A stretch of DNA of 64,000 nt from an uncultured Archangium sp. Its GTDB lineage: Bacteria > Myxococcota > Myxococcia > Myxococcales > Myxococcaceae. Position numbers and translations under genes: made by a program. Under the pieces are notes generated by a model. The model saw only the letters and a program-made list of their open reading frames with translations, did not search any database and was not told the DNA's origin. This document shows positions 58,193 to 64,000 of the stretch, piece by piece. The stretch's first letter is position 1, and every line of letters begins with the position of its first letter. The stretch is taken from NCBI GenBank assembly GCA_964459885.1, contig CAYWON010000011.1:3302-67301 (forward strand), read 5' to 3'.

Positions 58193-60148
58193 ATGCTGCG
58201 CGCCATGCGCGTTGTCGCAGCTCTCGGGGCCATCGTTCTCGCCGGGTGTATCGATCCCACGGCGATCGCAGTGTTCGGGTGTGACGGCGGCGTGTGCGAA
58301 CTCGGCGGAGGCGATGGCGCGACCGGAGGCGGCGCTGCGACCGGCGGCGGCGTCGCGACGGGAGGTGGAGCCGCGAACACCGGCGGTGGCGTAGCGACCG
58401 GAGGCGGCGCCGCGACCGGTGGTGGTGTCGCGACCGGCGGTGGCGTCGCGACCGGCGGCGGCGTTGCGACTGGCGGTGGCGCGGCGACCGGCGGCGGCGT
58501 CGCGACCGGTGGTGGCGCACCGACTGGCGGCGGCACCGCGATGAGCTGTGTGGGCGTGGTCTGCGGCGATCACGCGAGCTGCGTCGCCAACGGTGCCTCG
58601 TACACCTGCGTGTGCGACGGCGGCTACGAAGGCATGCCCGTCAACGGCGGCCCCGCGACGTGCGTCGACACCAACGAGTGCCTCTTCACCAACTGCGGTG
58701 CGTTCACCTCGTGCGCGAACATTCCCGGCAGCTGGCAGTGCTCGTGCGCGCAGGGCTACGTGGGCGCCACCGTCACCGGCGGCACGACCACCTGCTCGCT
58801 GATGACCTACTGCACGATGCCGGGTCAATGCGGCGCCAACGCGACCTGCAGCGAGGCGTCGGGCAACTACTCCTGCCGCTGCAACGACGGCTACAGCGGC
58901 GCGACGACGACTGGCATGCCTGCCACGTGCGTCGAGACGCCGCCGTACACCATCCTCGGCTCCGTGGCGGCTTCGGGCACTTCGTGGACGGTGACGATGC
59001 CTTCGTCGATCGACGTGGGATCGACGCTGGTCGCGGTCGCTGCTGGCGGCGGCGTCAGCGCGTTTGGTGCGCCGACGGTGAGCGACAGCCGCTCCAACTC
59101 GTGGCGCGTCATCGTTGAAGACTCGTCGATCAGCGGTGGCCTCATCGTCGCCATGACGCGGGTGACGAGCCCCCTGATGGCGGGAGACGTCGTGCGTGGA
59201 AGCGGCTTCCTCACGTCGGCGGGTGCGCTCTGGGTGGCGCAGCTCGATCGACACGTCTACCTCGACACCACGAGCGTCTACAGCGGCAGCAGCACCACGC
59301 AGCCTTCGATGACGACCAGCACCGTCCCTGGCGACGAGGTGCTCGCGTTGGGCGCGTTCTATTCAACGGCCAACGTCACCTGGGCCGCGGCGCCGCCAGC
59401 CGCTGACGACTTCGTGTTCGCGCGCACGAGCGCGTCGGGCGTCGTACAGATCCGCCGCGTGGTGCCCAGCAGCACCTCGCTCAGCCTGCGCGCCGACGTG
59501 TCGCCCGGGACGTCCCCGTTCGGCGCCATCGTCACGTTCTTCCGCGGGCCGCCGGTGCCGCCGAGCAACTTCTCGCTGACGCACACGCCCAACAGCCGCA
59601 CGGTCACCACGTCGTGGACGGCGGGTCGCGGCAACGGTGGCTCAGGCGGCTGTACGCTGCAGGTGTTCCGGTCCGGGGCGTGGGCGGCCATCACCGGCGC
59701 CAACTGCGACACCACGCGCACCAACAGCAACGCGTCGCTGCCGTCGTCGCTCCCCGCATGGAGCAGCCTCGACATCCGGCTCGTGCGCTCGTCCGACGGC
59801 GTGGAACTCCACCGCTTCACGACGCCGGTGACGTGTGCGCCGCGCAGCGGCTCGTCGACCTCCACGCCCACCATCGACGAGAACTGCAACGGGACGTGGG
59901 ACGACAAGACCTGCGCGACGTGGGAATGGCTCTTCGCGTCGTCGGCGGGGAACTGCCTGGGGTCCAACGGCGCGTCGAACGTGGCGTGCAGCGCGAGCAC
60001 TGAGAACGACACGCGCTACACGTCAGACGCGGTCTCGCCGCCGTCGACGACGTACTCGACGACCAGCTGGCACTCGAGCTGCGCTGACGGTGGTGTGCTG
60101 AACGCGTCGTCGTGGACCTGCACCCCGTCGAACTGCACCTGGTTCTGA
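58193..60148 (+). CDS. secreted lipoprotein: Gly-rich repeat linker, calcium-binding-type EGF domains, large C-terminal region (paralog 1)
   Basis: ATG at 58193. Lipobox IVLAGC. (ATGGGx) x about 12. DTNECLFTNCG...CANIPGSWQCSC.QGY is a cbEGF-like pattern. The protein ends CTPSNCTWF. Confidence 0.75.
   Translation: MLRAMRVVAALGAIVLAGCIDPTAIAVFGCDGGVCELGGGDGATGGGAATGGGVATGGGAANTGGGVATGGGAATGGGVATGGGVATGGGVATGGGAATGGGVATGGGAPTGGGTAMSCVGVVCGDHASCVANGASYTCVCDGGYEGMPVNGGPATCVDTNECLFTNCGAFTSCANIPGSWQCSCAQGYVGATVTGGTTTCSLMTYCTMPGQCGANATCSEASGNYSCRCNDGYSGATTTGMPATCVETPPYTILGSVAASGTSWTVTMPSSIDVGSTLVAVAAGGGVSAFGAPTVSDSRSNSWRVIVEDSSISGGLIVAMTRVTSPLMAGDVVRGSGFLTSAGALWVAQLDRHVYLDTTSVYSGSSTTQPSMTTSTVPGDEVLALGAFYSTANVTWAAAPPAADDFVFARTSASGVVQIRRVVPSSTSLSLRADVSPGTSPFGAIVTFFRGPPVPPSNFSLTHTPNSRTVTTSWTAGRGNGGSGGCTLQVFRSGAWAAITGANCDTTRTNSNASLPSSLPAWSSLDIRLVRSSDGVELHRFTTPVTCAPRSGSSTSTPTIDENCNGTWDDKTCATWEWLFASSAGNCLGSNGASNVACSASTENDTRYTSDAVSPPSTTYSTTSWHSSCADGGVLNASSWTCTPSNCTWF
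58319..58540. repeat. 18-bp coding tandem repeat array, about 12 units (ATGGG[AV])
   Basis: gcgaccggcggcggcgtc-type units are repeated head to tail. Confidence 0.9.
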
Positions 60149-60158
60149 GCCGTAGCGT

Positions 60159-62036
60159 ATGGTTCGAGCCATGCGCATCGCTGCGGCTCTCTTGGCCATC
60201 GTGTTCGCTGGCTGCATCGACCCCACTGCCATCGAGGTCTTCGGATGTGACGGAGGCGTGTGCGCGGTCGGCGGTGGCGATGGCGCGGGCGGAGGTGGCT
60301 CCACGACGGGCGGTGGTGCGGCGACAGGTGGCGGCACCGCAACGGGTGGCGGCACAGCAACGGGCGGCGGTGTGGCGACCGGCGGCGGCGACGCGATGAC
60401 AGGTGGTGGCGCAGCGACGGGCGGCGGCACCGCGATGCCGTGTGGCGGCGTGGTGTGCGGCGACCACGCGAGCTGCGTCGCGAACGGCGCAGCGTTCACC
60501 TGCGTGTGCGACGTCGGCTACGACGGCGCGCCGGTCACCAACGGCCCGGCGACGTGCACCGACGTCGACGAGTGCCTCTTCACCAACTGCGGCGCCAACA
60601 CCAACTGCTCGAACATTCCCGGCAGCTGGCAGTGCGCGTGCGCGCAGGGCTACGTCGGCGCCACGGTGACTGGCGGCACGACGACGTGCACCCCCGCCGC
60701 GTTCTGCACGAGGGCCGACCTGTGCGGAAACAACGCGACGTGCATCGAAGGGCAGGGCACCTACTCGTGTCGCTGCGACGACGGCTACGCAGGCGCCACG
60801 ACCACAGGCATGCCGGCGACGTGCGTCGAGCTGCCGTACCGCATCATCGGCTCCACGACCGACGGCGGCACGGGCTGGAACCTGCTCGTGCCGTTCACCA
60901 TCGACGCGGGCGCGACGGTGGTGGTGGTCAGCGCCAGCGGCGGGCTGAGCTCAGGTGACGAAGCCGAAGTGTCCGACAGCCGCGGCAACGTGTGGCAGCG
61001 CGTGGTGGAAGACGACAACAGCACCGGCTCGGTCGGCATCTACGCGTCGCGACTGCGCACGACGTTGGTGCTCGGCGACGCGATTCGCGCCACCAACGAC
61101 GAGGCCACTGCCGGGGTGCTGTGGGCGGCCTTGCTGACGCGTCACACGCTCGTCGACAGGAGCGACGACTACTCCGGCGGCTCGACCACCATGCACACGC
61201 AGAGCGTCCCGGCGGTCCCCAACGACGCCGTCTTGTCGATCGCCGCGCTCTACAACCCGTCATTCGGCTCGCAGACGTTTTCGGCCAACCCGCCCGACCC
61301 GAGCGACTTCCAGTTCACCGGCGCGTTCCGGTCAGGCCTGGTCCAGATTCGAGAGCAGACGCCACTCGGCAACACCGCGTCGCTTCGCTCGGCCTCGTCG
61401 GTAGCCACCTCGCCGCTGGGCGTGATGGCCACGTTCTTCCGCGGCCCGGTGGTGTCGCCGACGGCGCTCTCTCTGATGCACTCGCCGAACGAGCGCGGCC
61501 TCGCGGTCGGGTGGACGGGCGGTCGAGGCAACGGCACGTGCCTGCTGCAATACAACCGGGCCTCGACCTGGTCGGTCATCAGCTCGTACGACTGCGACGT
61601 CACCCGCCCGCTCTCGAGCGTCTCGCTGCCGGCCTCGCTGTCGGGCGCGTGGTCCAGCATGCCGCTGCGGCTCGTGCGCGGCAGCGACGGCCAGGCCTTC
61701 CCGTTCCCCGGCTCGCTCGCCTGCAACCCGGTCGTGGAGTCGAACACCGCCACGCCGACCTTCGACGAAGACTGCGATGGCCAGTGGGACGACAAGAGCT
61801 GTGTCAGCTACGCGTGGACCCCCGACCTCACTGCGACGAGCTGCCCTTCGGCTGGGGGCACCAACTCGCTGGTGTGCGGCCCGCTCACGGAGACCAATCT
61901 GCGCTTCACGACCGACCTCTCGGTGAACCCGGCGACCGGCTATTCGGCGCCCAGCACCGCGTCGAGCTGCGTCGACGGCGGCGCGCCCTTCGCCCAGCGG
62001 TGGACGTGCGTCGCTTCCGGCTGCACGTGGAACTGA
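60159..62036 (+). CDS. secreted lipoprotein, tandem paralog 2 of the preceding gene
   Basis: 625 aa with the same architecture and long near-identical DNA stretches in the EGF region. It ends CVASGCTWN. Confidence 0.75.
   Translation: MVRAMRIAAALLAIVFAGCIDPTAIEVFGCDGGVCAVGGGDGAGGGGSTTGGGAATGGGTATGGGTATGGGVATGGGDAMTGGGAATGGGTAMPCGGVVCGDHASCVANGAAFTCVCDVGYDGAPVTNGPATCTDVDECLFTNCGANTNCSNIPGSWQCACAQGYVGATVTGGTTTCTPAAFCTRADLCGNNATCIEGQGTYSCRCDDGYAGATTTGMPATCVELPYRIIGSTTDGGTGWNLLVPFTIDAGATVVVVSASGGLSSGDEAEVSDSRGNVWQRVVEDDNSTGSVGIYASRLRTTLVLGDAIRATNDEATAGVLWAALLTRHTLVDRSDDYSGGSTTMHTQSVPAVPNDAVLSIAALYNPSFGSQTFSANPPDPSDFQFTGAFRSGLVQIREQTPLGNTASLRSASSVATSPLGVMATFFRGPVVSPTALSLMHSPNERGLAVGWTGGRGNGTCLLQYNRASTWSVISSYDCDVTRPLSSVSLPASLSGAWSSMPLRLVRGSDGQAFPFPGSLACNPVVESNTATPTFDEDCDGQWDDKSCVSYAWTPDLTATSCPSAGGTNSLVCGPLTETNLRFTTDLSVNPATGYSAPSTASSCVDGGAPFAQRWTCVASGCTWN
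60298..60435. repeat. 18-bp coding tandem repeat array, about 7-8 units (xTGGGx)
   Basis: Encodes STTGGGAATGGGTATGGGTATGGGVATGGGDAMTGGGAATGGGTAM. Confidence 0.9.
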
Positions 62037-62090
62037 CGGTCAGCATTCGCGCGTCGTCGCCCAGCGCGAGGTGGTACAAGCCGCCACTCG

Positions 62091-62891
62091 ATGCTGTTCG
62101 CTCTTCTCCTCGCCGCGCTGCCTGACGCCCCGCGCACCATCGTGCTCACGCCCGAGACCGGCGCCGCCGAGCTGGTGCTGGCCGCGCCGTCGACCGCGGT
62201 GCCCACCAGCCTCGTCGACGCGCGGAAGATGGCCGAGCAGCTCCGCTACGAAGAGGCCGTCGTCGAGTACCAGCGCTACCTCGCGACGCCCGATCGTCCG
62301 CTCAACGAGCGCGCCAACGCGCTGCTCGAGCTCGGCTTCATCCACCTCGTGCTGGGTGACGCGCCCAACGCCGAGACGCGTGCCCTCGAAGCGCTCGAGC
62401 TCGACCCGCGCCTCACCGTGCCGTCGACCGCGCCGCAGAAGCAGGTCGACTTCGTCAACAAGATGCGCCGCGTGTACCTCGCGCGCGCGCGTCTCGAGCT
62501 GGTGCCCCGCGAAGGTGGCGAAGCGCCGTACGTCGTGAAGGTGAAGGTCATCGACCCCGAAGCGAAGGTGACGCGCGTGTTGCTGCGCCACGCCCTCACC
62601 GCGACCGGGCCTTTCTATTCGTCTGACATGCAGTGCGAAGGCGAGCTCTGCACCGGCACCATTCCGCCGCCCACCGAGGTCTCGAGCTTCACCGCCTGGT
62701 ACTTCGTGGAAGCGCTCGACGCGACCCAGGTGACGGCCGCCAAGGTGGCCAGCCCCGACTCGCCGCTGCAGCTCTCCGTCGTCGATCAGAAGCCCTGGTA
62801 CACGAGCCCGGTGGTGTGGGGCGTGGCGGGCGCGGTGTTGGTGGGCGTGGCGACGGTGGCGTACCTCCTCGCGCCGCCTCCGCCGCGATGA
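62091..62891 (+). CDS. hypothetical protein with a TPR-like N-terminal region and a C-terminal TM anchor
   Basis: 266 aa. A C-terminal hydrophobic helix (VVWGVAGAVLVGVATVAYLLA) is present. Confidence 0.55.
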   Translation: MLFALLLAALPDAPRTIVLTPETGAAELVLAAPSTAVPTSLVDARKMAEQLRYEEAVVEYQRYLATPDRPLNERANALLELGFIHLVLGDAPNAETRALEALELDPRLTVPSTAPQKQVDFVNKMRRVYLARARLELVPREGGEAPYVVKVKVIDPEAKVTRVLLRHALTATGPFYSSDMQCEGELCTGTIPPPTEVSSFTAWYFVEALDATQVTAAKVASPDSPLQLSVVDQKPWYTSPVVWGVAGAVLVGVATVAYLLAPPPPR

Positions 62892-63490
62892 GCGACGAAC
62901 GGCAGCGCAGCATCGGCACCATCGTCGCTGTGGCGGCGGTCGCGTTGGGCCTGTGCTGCGTCGGCGGCTTCGCGGTCGTGACGCTCTTCGGGTTCAGCCC
63001 CACCGCTCTCGTCGACACCGTCTTTGACGAGCCGACACCGCCCGGCGTGGTGGAGGCCGCGGTCGTCGCCGCGCCGACCCTACCGACGACCGACGACCTC
63101 ATCGGCCGATGGTCCTGGGGCGTGGCGGGCGCGCGCAACTTCCGTTCGAAACCCGACGCGGCGTGGGTCGCGCCGACAGGGCAGGGCACCGAGTACGAGC
63201 TGCGGCCCGACGGCGGCTGCTCGGTCGACGCCGTCGTCTCACGCGCCGCTGAAGACTCCGCGTGCACGGTCTGGGTGCTGCGTCACACCGACGAGTGCAG
63301 CTGGTCTGTCGAAGGCGACGAGCTGCTGGTCTCGCTCGGCGAAGGGCCGCAGTACGTGCGCGAGTGCAGCGGCGACGTGCAGGCTTCGACCACCTCGCGG
63401 CGCACCGTGCGCTACCCCGCGCAGCGCCGAGGCGATGTGCTGATGCTGGGTCCGCAGCCGGCGCCGATGGAGTTCCGTCGCGTGCCGTGA
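62888..63490 (+). CDS. hypothetical N-terminally anchored protein
   Basis: ATG at 62888 overlaps the previous stop (ATGA). 200 aa with one TM helix. Confidence 0.55.
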   Translation: MSDERQRSIGTIVAVAAVALGLCCVGGFAVVTLFGFSPTALVDTVFDEPTPPGVVEAAVVAAPTLPTTDDLIGRWSWGVAGARNFRSKPDAAWVAPTGQGTEYELRPDGGCSVDAVVSRAAEDSACTVWVLRHTDECSWSVEGDELLVSLGEGPQYVRECSGDVQASTTSRRTVRYPAQRRGDVLMLGPQPAPMEFRRVP

Positions 63491-63508
63491 GCCGCTAGAC
63501 GGCGGCGC

Positions 63509-63976
63509 ATGCGATCACTCTTCTTCTTCGTCGGCTCCGTCGTCGTCGTCGCGCTCTCGGGTTGCCGCGCCCACGGCGGCACCACGCTGCAGGGCCCGGG
63601 CATCAACGCCAAGCGCGAGGCCAACCTGATGTCGTCGGCCAGCACCGAGCTCCAGTGCCCGGCGGACCAGCTCAAGGCGTCGTTCGTCGAGTCGATCGAG
63701 AAGAACGCGCACATCTACCGCGTGGTCGGCTGCGAGAAGACCTACGAGACCGTCCTCTTCTGCATGATGGGCAACTGCTCGTGGAACGAGACGCCCGAGA
63801 AGCGCGCGTCGTTCGACCTGCAGTGCCCGCGTGAGCAGCTGACCCGCACGTACCTCGGCAGCGCCACGTTCGGCATGGCCGGCTGCGGCAAGACCATCAC
63901 GTACCTGTTCGTGAACGGTCGCCTGGTGGCGAACAGCGCGACCACGGCCGCGCCCGTTGCCCAGCCGGCGCCGTAG
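63509..63976 (+). CDS. hypothetical lipoprotein with an internal duplication
   Basis: 155 aa. Lipobox VVALSGC. Two similar halves: LQCP.DQL...Y.V.GC.KT and LQCPREQL....G.AGCGKT. Confidence 0.6.
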   Translation: MRSLFFFVGSVVVVALSGCRAHGGTTLQGPGINAKREANLMSSASTELQCPADQLKASFVESIEKNAHIYRVVGCEKTYETVLFCMMGNCSWNETPEKRASFDLQCPREQLTRTYLGSATFGMAGCGKTITYLFVNGRLVANSATTAAPVAQPAP

Positions 63977-64000
63977 TCAGCGCTTCGGGTGGTGCCAGGC

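Noticed and set aside
56815-58536. 573-aa minus-strand ORF beginning with PPPVATPPPVA proline repeats (also 60023-60499)
   Set aside because: The proline repeat is simply the reverse complement of the GGGxAT coding arrays. The rest is antisense to alr, which has the PLP-Lys motif.
58319-58540. Possible CRISPR-like or non-coding satellite array
   Set aside because: The units are 18 bp head to tail with no spacers and lie in frame inside a lipoprotein gene. No cas genes are present in the window.

Overview
High-GC (about 70% by eye, not computed) chromosomal segment, most likely from a myxobacterium (Myxococcota). Supporting this are a DUF2378/TIGR02265-type paralog, many Cys-rich/EGF-like secreted lipoproteins, an ECF sigma factor and TPR proteins. 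I support about 62 CDSs and saw no rRNA, tRNA, CRISPR array, transposase or integrase. Core metabolic genes are pyrH-frr, sdaA, ilvE, an RND pump plus adaptor, pntAB, mccAB (methylcrotonyl-CoA carboxylase) and alr. Other genes include a LysR regulator, an RR-PAS-GGDEF-EAL protein, a class A beta-lactamase, and a tightly coupled six-gene operon (SRPBCC, SAM methyltransferase, DoxX-like, modB, modC, SDR). The main hunt target is a roughly 12-13 kb block (about 44.0-57.0 kb) that looks lower in GC and sits between a glutaminyl-cyclase/zinc-ribbon pair and alr. It holds a type I R-M system split into two minus-strand units. Unit one is hsdR followed 21 bp later by a 904-aa SF2 helicase with a YgjP/DUF45-like HExxH peptidase tail. 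Unit two is hsdM-hsdS followed by a winged-helix-like/DUF488 fusion gene, a 246-aa protein with no domain I recognise, and possibly a helical 223-aa protein. Three small unknown plus-strand ORFs lie between the two units. The helicase-peptidase fusion and the DUF488 cassette are my best candidates for undescribed defence modules. Both assignments rest on motif reading only and need profile or structure searches and experiments. Also notable are a about 1015-aa secreted protein with 8 EGF-like repeats and PPC-like modules on an exact 333-bp DNA period. Two tandem paralogous EGF lipoproteins carry 18-bp coding repeat arrays of different copy number. Most other long ORFs in the track are antisense artefacts of the high GC content.
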